Shown here one piece after another: positions 10,702-20,589 of a DNA stretch of 64,000 nt. This stretch comes from Deferribacterales bacterium. GTDB taxonomy: Bacteria; Chrysiogenota; Deferribacteres; Deferribacterales; Geovibrionaceae. Below the pieces are notes generated by a model, which was given only the letters and a program-made list of their open reading frames with translations, did not search any database and was not told the DNA's origin. The stretch covers positions 352,001 through 416,000 of the forward strand of contig JBFWJS010000001.1 in NCBI GenBank assembly GCA_050253075.1, in the 5' to 3' direction. The translations under genes and the position numbers were made by a program. The first letter of the stretch is position 1. Each line of letters begins with the position of its first letter.

Positions 10702-10974
10702 AGGATACCTCCGATATATATGTCGTCTGTATGTTTTACATTCAATCATTAAAAAACTCAATGGAAAAATAATTTTATTCTATTAGGACGACTTCCTCTT
10801 TTCTTCCTATTATGAAATATTAACAAACTAATAAACCAGTGTTGTGAAAATTGTAAAAAGGTTTCATAAACCTTTCTAAAACAACTTTATAATAGCGATA
10901 TAAAAGTTTAATAGTTTCACTCACTTAGAAACATCGTTGCCAGAAATCATTTTTAGATATAAAATGTCTTTTAT

Positions 10975-12348
10975 ATGGGGACTTTAATTTTCAAACACTC
11001 AACAGACATTCGGTCAGATGTGCACACGGCTTTTTCGTGGCATGAAAAAGAAGGTGCTCTTCAGAGGCTCACCCCCCCGTGGGAAAAGGCGGAGCTGGTG
11101 GAGAAGTCTGAAGGGATCGACGTCGGCGCCAAATGCACGCTGAATGTTGGTGCGGGCTTCCTGACCCTGCGCTGGCAGGCGGAGCACATCGAGTATGAAA
11201 AAGACCGCCATTTCAAAGACAGACAAAACAAGGGGCCTTTCAGCCTGTGGGAGCACTCCCACGATTTTTATGCGAATGATGGAATAACGACTATAGAAGA
11301 CACGGTTGAATATCGTCTTCCGTTACATTTTATATCGAAATATATCGCAGGTTCAATGATAAAAAAGAAACTGACGAAAATGTTCAGATACAGGTCGTCA
11401 GTATCGAAAAATGATATAGAGACAATTGCATGCTATAAACCCGAGCCGAAGACCATAGTGGTGTCAGGCTCCAGCGGGGTCGTGGGCTCTGCCCTGATAC
11501 CATATCTGCAGACACAGGGGCACAAGATCATCCGTCTGGTGCGCAATGAGAAACAGCTCTGCATCGGAGACGTATGCTGGAACCCGAACGCAGGCATTGT
11601 CGAGGCTCAGTTCGAGCATGCGGATGTGGTGATACACCTGACGGGCGAGCCGATAGGCGACACCAGATGGACAGAAGAAAAGAAGCTGTCCATCATAGAC
11701 AGCCGTGTGAAAAGCACAAGCCTCCTAGCAAAAACAATCGCCAGCATGAAAAACCCGCCGAAGCTCCTGATATGCGCATCCGCCATAGGGTATTACGGCG
11801 ACAGAGGCGCAGAGGAGCTCACAGAGGAATCATCCGCAGGCAAAGAGTTTATATCCGACGTGTGCAGCAGATGGGAAGAATCGGCAAAACAGGCAGAGGA
11901 AGCAGGCGTCAGGGTCGTTTACCTCCGCATAGGCGTGGCACTCTCCCCTTCGGGCGGAGCACTGGAGCGCACATATAAGCCAGCATCACTCGGGCTTGGT
12001 ACCGTGCTCGGCAGCGGAGAACAATACCTCAGCTGGGTTGCTATGGACGACGTGCTCTACTCCATGACACACATAATGGAGACAGAATCTATTAAAGGAG
12101 CGGTAAACCTCACCGCACCGAATCCCGTAAAATGGAAAGAATATGCGGATACTTTATCCGCTGTTATGCATAGACCGAGGTTCCTCAGAGTGCCTGCATG
12201 GCTTATCAAGGCCGTATACGGGCAGATGGGGGACGAAGTTCTCCTCGCCAGCGCAAGGGTATATCCGAAAAAGCTGCTTGAAAGCGGATTCACATTCAGA
12301 TACCCTTTATTAGATGATGCTTTAAAGCACCTGCTGGGGAGACAGTAA
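10975..12348 (+). CDS. SRPBCC-domain / TIGR01777 (YfcH-like) NAD-dependent epimerase fusion
   Basis: N-terminal ALQRLTPPW...GPFSLWEHSH; Rossmann SGSSGVVGS; SAIGYYG; C-terminal PKKLLESGFTFRYP. Confidence 0.85.
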   Translation: MGTLIFKHSTDIRSDVHTAFSWHEKEGALQRLTPPWEKAELVEKSEGIDVGAKCTLNVGAGFLTLRWQAEHIEYEKDRHFKDRQNKGPFSLWEHSHDFYANDGITTIEDTVEYRLPLHFISKYIAGSMIKKKLTKMFRYRSSVSKNDIETIACYKPEPKTIVVSGSSGVVGSALIPYLQTQGHKIIRLVRNEKQLCIGDVCWNPNAGIVEAQFEHADVVIHLTGEPIGDTRWTEEKKLSIIDSRVKSTSLLAKTIASMKNPPKLLICASAIGYYGDRGAEELTEESSAGKEFISDVCSRWEESAKQAEEAGVRVVYLRIGVALSPSGGALERTYKPASLGLGTVLGSGEQYLSWVAMDDVLYSMTHIMETESIKGAVNLTAPNPVKWKEYADTLSAVMHRPRFLRVPAWLIKAVYGQMGDEVLLASARVYPKKLLESGFTFRYPLLDDALKHLLGRQ

Positions 12349-13445
12349 TGAGTATTGCATTAAGAATTACATTTATGCTGACGATGACGATAGCCCTCGC
12401 CTTCGGCTTTATGCATCATTTCATAGAAGGATACAATTTCGAAAGGCTTCACATATTCCTCTTCAACCTCTGCTCAGGCGGAACTATCATTCTCTACTTC
12501 ACAATGGATAAAGGACGGATGACAAAGAGGCTTTATGCATTTTTCATATTGTCCTTTGCCTATGCATTTCTCGCTTTTTTCGAGCATTACGGATACGCCA
12601 TAGCCATATCACTGATACTCTTCGGCATAGTGGAATCCGTGCGTAACAGTAAGTTTAAATTCTTTCCTTCAGACTTTTTCACAAGGAAAGTGCCCACAGC
12701 GCAGAAGTTCCACCATGCGTCGCTGCTTTGCCTTTCCATAGGGCTTCTGATATCAATAACTGCTATTATCAATCAGGAATATTACACCTTCATACATTCG
12801 GAAAAGCTAACGCTGAACACATTCTTCCTAGGGTTTTCATTCCCTGTTTCGCTCATATCCCTCAGCGTAATGTTCTCCACCATGCACAAGGCACCGTCGA
12901 ACCTTTTCAGAAATATTAAGGTCATCAGCTTCTGGACGATCACTCTCGGGGTTATTATATTCTTCGTCTTTATACTTTTCGAAGCGATATATCTTGAGCT
13001 GGCGATATCACTTATACTATTTGTCGCAGTATCATGCGTGCTGTACCTCTATATAAAGCTGGGCATAAAAGAACAGCAGAAATCATACCTCACATCGGGC
13101 ATCGTCTTTCTGCTTATGACATCTGTTTCGGGTGTTATATACATTCTCATATATGCCTATGGGTATACCGATCCGTTATATAAAGACCTGACGATCCTCT
13201 ATCACAGGACGCTGGCTCTGTACGGCTGGAACATAAGCGGGCTAGCCGTTATATGCAGATTTAAGGATTTCCCTATCATGCTGCACTCCGGTCCTGCCAT
13301 AGTACTCCATTGGTTAATAGTTTCGATACTTGCTCCTGTGGCGTATTTTAATGCTGCATTTGTTATCCCCACCATAGGGGCTTATTTATTATTTCTTTTT
13401 GCCGTATTCTTTTCTAAAGGGAATTACAGAATAAGAGAGTTTTGA
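12348..13445 (+). CDS. Polytopic membrane protein of unknown function
   Basis: About 11-12 hydrophobic segments; start overlaps upstream stop (TAATG). Confidence 0.75.
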   Translation: MSIALRITFMLTMTIALAFGFMHHFIEGYNFERLHIFLFNLCSGGTIILYFTMDKGRMTKRLYAFFILSFAYAFLAFFEHYGYAIAISLILFGIVESVRNSKFKFFPSDFFTRKVPTAQKFHHASLLCLSIGLLISITAIINQEYYTFIHSEKLTLNTFFLGFSFPVSLISLSVMFSTMHKAPSNLFRNIKVISFWTITLGVIIFFVFILFEAIYLELAISLILFVAVSCVLYLYIKLGIKEQQKSYLTSGIVFLLMTSVSGVIYILIYAYGYTDPLYKDLTILYHRTLALYGWNISGLAVICRFKDFPIMLHSGPAIVLHWLIVSILAPVAYFNAAFVIPTIGAYLLFLFAVFFSKGNYRIREF

Positions 13446-13446
13446 T

Positions 13447-14553
13447 ATGAAGCGGAACGGACTTGTTTTTTTAATTGTTTTTTTAATGCTCGGGGTATTC
13501 TCATATGCATCTGCTGATGAAGAGACGGAATACTTCACCATAGACCATTTCTACAGTGATAATCCGCATCAGGAAGAGCTGGCAGAAGCATTCGCATCGA
13601 AGGTAACATCTCAGCCTGAACGCATAAAAATGCGCCAGACCAACAGCATAAAAATAGCCGTCATCTATCCTGCTATACAGCAGTCAAACTATTGGCGTGA
13701 CAGTGTGCGCTCTATGGACATGCGTATGGACGAGCTGGGCATCAGACACGAAACAGTAAAATACTTCAGCAGACCGTCGGGGGACTACCGGCTCCAGACC
13801 ATGCAGATATCCGAAGCATCCAAAAGCGATGCGGACTACATAGTACTCTCAGTGGATAATGCGAATGTGCGCAGGCTTGTGCCTTCGCTGGTTTCCAAAA
13901 GCAAAGCAAAGATAATGATACAGAACCTGACCACGCCGCTGAAAGAATGGAAACAGCACCAGCCTTTTATGTATGTGGGGTTTGACCACATAGAAGGCTC
14001 GAAACTTCTGGCTGATAAATACAGCGAGGTATTCCCCTCGGGCGGTAAATACGTCCTGCTATACGGAGCAAAAGGGGCGGTGAGCGACCAGCGGGGGGGA
14101 GGCTTCGAAAGCTACGCTCTCTCCAAAGGTTTTGTCGCCGTGTCAAAATACTATACGGATTTCAAAGCTGACAGCGCATATGAAGCAGCGAAATCTGCTC
14201 TGGAAAAAAATGAAGACATATCATTCATATATGCCTGCTCCACTGACATAGCCATAGGCGCATCGAAAGCCGTGAATGAAGCAGGGCTGACGGGCAAAGT
14301 GCTTGTAAACGGATGGGGCGGAACGATAAACGAGCTGAATCTGCTTAAGGAGAAGCTCCTTGATTTCACCGTTATGCGGATGAACGACGACAACGGCGTT
14401 GCCATAGCCGAAGCGGTAAAGATGGACATCTCAGGACAAAGCAAGAACATACCTCTGATATTCAGCGGAGAGTTCGTCATAGCGACAAAAGACATGTCTC
14501 AGAAAGAACTTAATAAACTGACCGAGAGGGCACTGCGATATTCCGGAAAATGA
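13447..14553 (+). CDS. luxP: Autoinducer-2-binding periplasmic protein LuxP homologue
   Basis: Signal peptide; YPAIQQSNYW, IQNLTTP, YVGFDH, SDQRG, YACSTDIAIG, VNGWGG, TVMRMNDD match recalled Vibrio LuxP motifs. Confidence 0.88.
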   Translation: MKRNGLVFLIVFLMLGVFSYASADEETEYFTIDHFYSDNPHQEELAEAFASKVTSQPERIKMRQTNSIKIAVIYPAIQQSNYWRDSVRSMDMRMDELGIRHETVKYFSRPSGDYRLQTMQISEASKSDADYIVLSVDNANVRRLVPSLVSKSKAKIMIQNLTTPLKEWKQHQPFMYVGFDHIEGSKLLADKYSEVFPSGGKYVLLYGAKGAVSDQRGGGFESYALSKGFVAVSKYYTDFKADSAYEAAKSALEKNEDISFIYACSTDIAIGASKAVNEAGLTGKVLVNGWGGTINELNLLKEKLLDFTVMRMNDDNGVAIAEAVKMDISGQSKNIPLIFSGEFVIATKDMSQKELNKLTERALRYSGK

Positions 14554-17500
14554 AAAAGACTAACGGTCTTAGGATATACACATTCTTTATACTATCCATC
14601 ATAATGATGGCCGTGCTGCTGACCATACCCATGCACCTTATGAGCAGCAAATTCATTAAAAATGCCATGATGGAGAAATCTGTCGAGATCACAAAGATAA
14701 ACAACAACATCGCAAAGATGATACTGGAGCAGAAGGCGGACATCCTGCATAGCATCATACACGACATGGAGTTCCTCTTTTCATCTAAGCTGAGCAGCTA
14801 CATCGAAGGCGATATCGCCAAATTCGAAAGTGAGATAACAAAGCTGTATGACGATTCATTCGCTGAAGATGTGGATGTATTCTTCTTTCAGTCAGTAGAC
14901 GGCAAATACATATTCGACGCCAGCACTCCATTTTATGACACCAGCATGATACGAAACTATATGATGGCCAACGGACGCTTCCTGCGTAAAGGGATACGCA
15001 CCATACAGTCCGAGTCCGCAGACGGCACACTCATAGCGCTCACAGGCTCGTCTGAGGCTGTTTATGAAAAGACCGGAGAGCTTGCCGGATATTTCTACAC
15101 CGGCGTAATACTAAACAACGCATCTAACCTCATTAACTCGATAATGCAGTATACGAACCTCTCCGAGGCGGCAATTGTCTTCGGCGACAGCATCGTCGCA
15201 GGCAATACCGAAGGCATGAACAACAACATAATCAAAACATGCTATAACACAAACACTGCCATACTCAGCGGAAACTCTGTGACATACTGCTCAGACCTGC
15301 ATCTGCCGAACGACAGCATCACGCTGAAGTTCTATCAGAGCCTGCCGGACACCTTCCTGCAGAACATAGCTTCCCAAAACAGAAAGATGGGATACACGGC
15401 CATAGCCATTGTGCTGGTGGTGACACTGCTGTCGGGATACGCCATAAACGTGATAACAGTGCGCACACTTTACCGCCTGGTGGACTATACGCATCTCATG
15501 CTTTCGGGCAAACCGGCGACGTATAACTACACCATCATATCCGAATTCAACATGCTGGCAGACCAGATATCAACAGTCAGCAGCAACCTGTCTGAAACTC
15601 AGGCATACATGAAAAACCTGATAAACAACGCAGCAGCGCCCATCGCCGTATGGGATAAGAACGGAAATATCACCCTGTTCAACAAAGCGCTGGAGCACCT
15701 CTCAGGTTTTGCAGGTGAATCTGTACTGGGTAAACACCTCAGCCATATCTACAGCATTTTTCCACAGGCGACAGTATCTGTGGATAACGACAAAAAAGAA
15801 GACACCTATTCGACACAGTTTGAATCGGCGATAACACATAAAACATCGGGCGAGATAAACTTCATCCTGTGGAACATCACAGACGTATACAGCAAAGGCG
15901 ACTATTACGGAACGATCCTGCAGGGGATAAACATAACCGAAACCAAAAAAGCAGAGGAAAAAATGCTTCTCGCATCAAAGGTTGTGGAAAACACCCTCGA
16001 CGGTATACTCATAGTAAATCCCGAAGGGGAGATAATATCCTGCAATGCATCATTCTGTAATATGACCGGATATACCGAAGACGAAACCATAGGGAAGCAC
16101 GTGAGCATGCTGCGTCCTGATAATTTCAGCCCGTCATTTTATAAAAAACTATGGGAAGACCTCTTTAAATACGGAAAATGGAGCGGTGAATACCCCGTCA
16201 GACAAAAGAACGGCAAGAATGTGGATTCCATCATGACTGTCTCCAGCATACGAAACAGCGCAGGGGACATAACAGACTTTATATCTGTGTTCCACGACAT
16301 AACCGAACGTAAAAAGCACGAGAAAGAGATAAAATATCAGGCAACCCACGACAACCTCACAGGGCTGCCGAACAGGCTATTTTTCGCAGAGGAAACAGCG
16401 AAATACATAGACGGATTCGACCCTATCGATGGCGGTCTGTCTGTACTGTTCCTCGATCTGGACAGGTTCAAAACTCTGAACGACACCCTCGGACACACCA
16501 CAGGGGACAAGGTTCTGCAGATAGTATCCGAAAGGATAAAGAACATCATATGCGATGAAGCAGTTGCCGCAAGATTCAGCGGAGACGAATTCACCGTCAT
16601 GTTTACCAATGTGAAAGACAGGGACGATGCATTCAACAGAGCAAAAAGCATCGTGGCAAAGATATCCGAACCGGTATCCGTACAGGGCTATGAGCTCTTT
16701 ATACAGTGCAGTGCGGGGCTTTGCTTTTATCCTGAAAACGGCAAGACGGCATCCGAGCTGATAAAGAACGCAGAGATAGCCATGTATCAGGCGAAACTGC
16801 AGGGGCGGAATAACATTCAGCTCTTCACAGGCGGGCTGGACGAATCCCTGAAAGACAGACTAATACTAGAATCAAAGCTGAACAGAGCCATAGAAAACAA
16901 CAAACTATCGCTCTATTACCAGCCGAAGATAGACCTTTCGAACGACACAGTGATGGGTATGGAAGCACTGATAAGGTGGAATAACCCCGACCTCGGATTT
17001 GTTCCGCCGGATAAATTTATCCCCATTGCCGAAGAGAACGGTCTCATACTCCCCATAGGCGACTGGGTGATAAACAGAGCGCTCGAGGATACGGCAAGAC
17101 TGCACAGAGAGGGCTTCGGCAATCTGAAAGTAGCGGTGAACCTCAGCCTCAGACAGTTCATGAAGAAGGATATAGTACAGCACATCCGTGAAGCTATAAA
17201 GGCATCGGGTATAGAGAATTTCAGCTTCGAGTTTGAGATAACTGAGAACATCTTCACAGAGGATCTCTCCACCATCACAAAGGTGATGAACGAGATAAGC
17301 AGCCTCAATGTAAAATTTGCCATAGACGACTTCGGCACGGGATACAGCTCCATCGGCTATCTGAAAAAGATGCCTATCAGCACCCTGAAAATAGACCGAA
17401 GCTACATCAACAGCATAGACACAGACCCTGACAATGAGTCCATCGTCTCGTCTGTTATCCTTATGTCCAAGAGCCTCGGGTTGAACATAGTGGCAGAAGG

Positions 17501-17639
17501 AGCAGAGACAGAGGAGCAGGTTCAGATACTGAAAGAGATGGGGTGCAACATAGTACAGGGTTACTATTACGGCAGGCCTATGCCTTATGACGAGTTCCTT
17601 GAATTTGTCAGAAAATGGGAAGAATCCCCCTTGTCATAA
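14550..17639 (+). CDS. Membrane sensor with LuxQ-like periplasmic domain, PAS-PAS, GGDEF and EAL domains
   Basis: TM-periplasmic-TM; TGELAGYFYTGVILNN resembles LuxQ periplasm; HDNLTGLPNR, DLDRFK, RFSGDEF; EALIRW, DDFGTGYSS, AEGAET, QGYYY. Confidence 0.88.
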   Translation: MKKTNGLRIYTFFILSIIMMAVLLTIPMHLMSSKFIKNAMMEKSVEITKINNNIAKMILEQKADILHSIIHDMEFLFSSKLSSYIEGDIAKFESEITKLYDDSFAEDVDVFFFQSVDGKYIFDASTPFYDTSMIRNYMMANGRFLRKGIRTIQSESADGTLIALTGSSEAVYEKTGELAGYFYTGVILNNASNLINSIMQYTNLSEAAIVFGDSIVAGNTEGMNNNIIKTCYNTNTAILSGNSVTYCSDLHLPNDSITLKFYQSLPDTFLQNIASQNRKMGYTAIAIVLVVTLLSGYAINVITVRTLYRLVDYTHLMLSGKPATYNYTIISEFNMLADQISTVSSNLSETQAYMKNLINNAAAPIAVWDKNGNITLFNKALEHLSGFAGESVLGKHLSHIYSIFPQATVSVDNDKKEDTYSTQFESAITHKTSGEINFILWNITDVYSKGDYYGTILQGINITETKKAEEKMLLASKVVENTLDGILIVNPEGEIISCNASFCNMTGYTEDETIGKHVSMLRPDNFSPSFYKKLWEDLFKYGKWSGEYPVRQKNGKNVDSIMTVSSIRNSAGDITDFISVFHDITERKKHEKEIKYQATHDNLTGLPNRLFFAEETAKYIDGFDPIDGGLSVLFLDLDRFKTLNDTLGHTTGDKVLQIVSERIKNIICDEAVAARFSGDEFTVMFTNVKDRDDAFNRAKSIVAKISEPVSVQGYELFIQCSAGLCFYPENGKTASELIKNAEIAMYQAKLQGRNNIQLFTGGLDESLKDRLILESKLNRAIENNKLSLYYQPKIDLSNDTVMGMEALIRWNNPDLGFVPPDKFIPIAEENGLILPIGDWVINRALEDTARLHREGFGNLKVAVNLSLRQFMKKDIVQHIREAIKASGIENFSFEFEITENIFTEDLSTITKVMNEISSLNVKFAIDDFGTGYSSIGYLKKMPISTLKIDRSYINSIDTDPDNESIVSSVILMSKSLGLNIVAEGAETEEQVQILKEMGCNIVQGYYYGRPMPYDEFLEFVRKWEESPLS

Positions 17640-17690
17640 ATAGTTATAAGAGCTATCATCACACCTGAAATTCATTCAGAGGTTACCGAC

Positions 17691-18461
17691 TTGGCTATTG
17701 GCATTTTCGACTCGGGCGTTGGCGGGCTCACCGTTTACAAAGCAATCAGCGAAAACTTTCCGAAACTGGATATTCACTACCTCGGCGATACTGCACGTGT
17801 GCCTTACGGCAGCAGATCACCCGAAACTGTCATAACATACAGCCTGCAGTGTGCAGAATTCCTCGTGAAGAACTTTCAGATAGACACCATCATCGTAGCC
17901 TGCAACACGGCGTCTTCATACGCAATAGATAAGATAAAAGAAAAATTCGGCGTGAATGTCATCGGCGTTGTGGAACCCGGCGCACTCAGCGCAGTGAAAA
18001 TGACAGACAGCGGAAAGATAGGCGTGATAGGCACCAGAGCCACAGTGCGCAGTGAGTCATACGTAAAAGCGATAAAAGCACTGGCACCTGATACAGAAAT
18101 AGTACAGGAGGCGTGCCCGCTATTCGTGCCTATAGTGGAAGAGATGCTGATAGATACAGATATAGCAGATCAGGTGGTGAAACACTATCTGGAAGAGCTG
18201 ATATCAAAAGGTCCCGACACCCTCATCCTCGGGTGCACACACTACCCTCTTCTTAAAAAAGTGATATTGAAGCATTATCCCGATATCAGGATAGTAGACT
18301 CATCCGAAGCAATCATAAACTGCATAAACGAACTGCATCTGGACACTAACCAGAGCGGAAAGAGAGACATTTATCTCACCGATGAATCCCCCGCTTTCGA
18401 AACACTGAGAAACTTGCTAACAGGCGGCATCCCCGCCAAAAAAGCAGTGCTGAACCCCTAA
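17691..18461 (+). CDS. murI: Glutamate racemase
   Basis: GIFDSGVGGLTV, VACNTAS, LGCTHYP; TTG start with GAGG RBS. Confidence 0.96.
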   Translation: MAIGIFDSGVGGLTVYKAISENFPKLDIHYLGDTARVPYGSRSPETVITYSLQCAEFLVKNFQIDTIIVACNTASSYAIDKIKEKFGVNVIGVVEPGALSAVKMTDSGKIGVIGTRATVRSESYVKAIKALAPDTEIVQEACPLFVPIVEEMLIDTDIADQVVKHYLEELISKGPDTLILGCTHYPLLKKVILKHYPDIRIVDSSEAIINCINELHLDTNQSGKRDIYLTDESPAFETLRNLLTGGIPAKKAVLNP

Positions 18462-19888
18462 AGAGCATCCTCACATAGCTCGCCCAGCCTTCTGATACCG
18501 CTCTCTATCCTGTCGTCCATAGGGTATCCGCAGTTGATACGCATACAGTTGTTATACCTGTCCTGAGAGCTGAATATACCGCCCGGCGTGAAAGATATCT
18601 TCTCCTCCACTGCGTGTGCGAATATATCGCCCGTATCGATGCTTTCGGGGAGCTCCACCCACAGGACAAACCCGCCGTCAGGCTCCGAAACCTTTGTCCC
18701 CTTAGGGAAATATTTCAGTATCTTCATCTTATAGCTTTCGATCTGGTTACGGAATGCGTTGTTTATCTTACGCAGATGTCTCGGATATTTACCCGATGCG
18801 AGATAGTGCGCCATGGTCAGCTGGTTTATCTCACTGGTGGCGAGCGAGTTGGCTATCTTCTGCCTCAGTATCTGGTCGAAGTATTTCCCCGCCTCTATCC
18901 AGCCGATGCGCATGCCCGAGCTTATAGTTTTCGAAAAGGATGACACGTGGATAACATTACCCTCGGTGTCGTATTTCTTAAGGTTGCTTCCACGCCTGCT
19001 GCCATAGGCAAAGTCGCCGTTTATGTCGTCCTCTATGATAGGTACGTTGTATTTGCTGCATATCTCGACTATCTCTTTCTTTATCTCCTCGGGGTATGTA
19101 TGTCCGAGGGGATTGCCGAAGTTCGGCTGGAGCAGTACAGCCTTCACACCGTACTTCTTCACCGCCTGATGAAGGTCATCCACGTCTATCCCCCATTCGG
19201 GGCAGGTGGGCAGCTCCATAGCGAACACCTTGCTGGTCTCCAGCAGATGCATAAAGCCGAAATAGCTGGGTGACTCCATAACGATAAGGTCGCCCGGGCT
19301 GGTGAGAGCCCTCAGAGCGAGAGACATCCCTTCGGATGCGCCGTTTGTCACTATTATATTGTCCGAATGGACAGAGTTTCCGTTCATATTCATGTAAAAG
19401 GCTATCTGCTGGCGAAAGAACTTCGACCCCTGTGTGTCGCCGTATTCCATATTCTTATGGTCGCCCATATTCAGCACCCGCTTCATTATGCTGAGCAGTT
19501 CCTTATGCGGAAGCAGATCCGCCGAAGGGATAGCACAGCCGAGGGGGATGATGTCAGGCTCGACCATATCATGCAGAACCTTTTGTATCTGATCTGTATT
19601 GGTAACCTGCATTGGTTTGCTGCTGGGTGTACTTTTTGTGAGCTGTTCTTTCTGCTTATATGTGCCTTTCGATACGTAAAAGCCCGACTGGGGCTTTGCT
19701 TCGAGCATCCCTACAGACTCCAGCTCCATGTATGCTTGCATAACAGTTGATATACTTACAGATTGGTCGTCGCTCATCTTCCTCAGTGAGGGCACTTTAT
19801 CCCCCGGGCGCAGAACCTCATTTTGTACCATATTGACAATAACATCCATCACCTGACGGAATTTAAAATCCTGCTTTAACTTCGACAT
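18458..19888 (-). CDS. MocR/GabR-family (GntR wHTH + PLP aminotransferase-like) transcriptional regulator
   Basis: LRPGDKVPSLRKMS...VSISTVMQAY, PLP-lysine SFSKTISSGMRIGW; ATG at 19888 preferred over GTG 19894. Confidence 0.92.
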   Translation of the reverse strand: MSKLKQDFKFRQVMDVIVNMVQNEVLRPGDKVPSLRKMSDDQSVSISTVMQAYMELESVGMLEAKPQSGFYVSKGTYKQKEQLTKSTPSSKPMQVTNTDQIQKVLHDMVEPDIIPLGCAIPSADLLPHKELLSIMKRVLNMGDHKNMEYGDTQGSKFFRQQIAFYMNMNGNSVHSDNIIVTNGASEGMSLALRALTSPGDLIVMESPSYFGFMHLLETSKVFAMELPTCPEWGIDVDDLHQAVKKYGVKAVLLQPNFGNPLGHTYPEEIKKEIVEICSKYNVPIIEDDINGDFAYGSRRGSNLKKYDTEGNVIHVSSFSKTISSGMRIGWIEAGKYFDQILRQKIANSLATSEINQLTMAHYLASGKYPRHLRKINNAFRNQIESYKMKILKYFPKGTKVSEPDGGFVLWVELPESIDTGDIFAHAVEEKISFTPGGIFSSQDRYNNCMRINCGYPMDDRIESGIRRLGELCEDAL

Positions 19889-19899
19889 GAACACCTCAA

Positions 19900-19943
19900 C
19901 TGTTATGGTAACATTTTCTGTTTTCTGTATCTGTTATGATAAC
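19900..19943. promoter_or_regulatory. Candidate MocR-family operator (direct repeats)
   Basis: CTGTTATGGTAAC (19900-19912) and CTGTTATGATAAC (19931-19943), 31 bp apart, in the divergent promoter. Confidence 0.55.
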
Positions 19944-19989
19944 TGTTTACTTTATATATTACAATCACAAAATGAATGAGGGTAGCGAC

Positions 19990-20253
19990 ATGACATTTAA
20001 ATCAGAAAGGGAGCTTAAACGTTTTCAGGTTTTATCCATCGTAAAACAAAAGTACACAACCATCCAGTGTTACAAAGGATCACTCTGGCTCACAGCCGGC
20101 GCTGACTTTGACGACATAGTTCTTAAAAGCGGTCAGCACATCACACTTGTGAACCACGGCCACATCGTTGTGGAAGCCCTTGAAGATGCCTCTGTTATGT
20201 TTGCACACACCGCCCCTGCCTGCGAAACGCAGCAGGAGCCCGCACTCGTTTAA
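19990..20253 (+). CDS. DUF2917-like small protein
   Basis: IQCYKGSLWLT...DDIVLKSGQ...IVVEALEDA pattern; divergent from MocR regulator; ATG 19990 with GAGG RBS. Confidence 0.75.
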   Translation: MTFKSERELKRFQVLSIVKQKYTTIQCYKGSLWLTAGADFDDIVLKSGQHITLVNHGHIVVEALEDASVMFAHTAPACETQQEPALV

Positions 20254-20589
20254 TTTTTGAAACTGCTCTTATAAGGTGCAGGATGCACCTCTCGGAGCGA
20301 ACCTAAGACGGCTTTGCCGTTCTGAGGTTTCAGCGGAGAGGAAGTGTGGCTGATACTTGTACAGACACGCTTATAAAACAAAAAACTTAGGACAAGTTTT
20401 TTGTTACACACAATAGTGACACGGCACGGGCTTGCCGAATTTATAAATGCGATTGTAAAGTTCACTATATTTATCAAACGTTAGTCTTTGGGCACAGTAT
20501 ATAAGGAACGTTTCTTCGGGCTGTTGAAACGTCCGGATGCTGTGCCCTCTACCATTTCATGCTATACTCCTTTTAAACAGGGGTACGTT

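Noticed and set aside
10810..10859. Possible Rex boxes upstream of pta (ttatgaaatattaacaa, ttgtgaaaattgtaaaaa)
   Set aside because: Only half-site matches or wrong spacing in very AT-rich DNA
20250..20477. 75-aa - strand ORF in the hairpin region
   Set aside because: No RBS or recognisable motif; region better explained by palindromic elements
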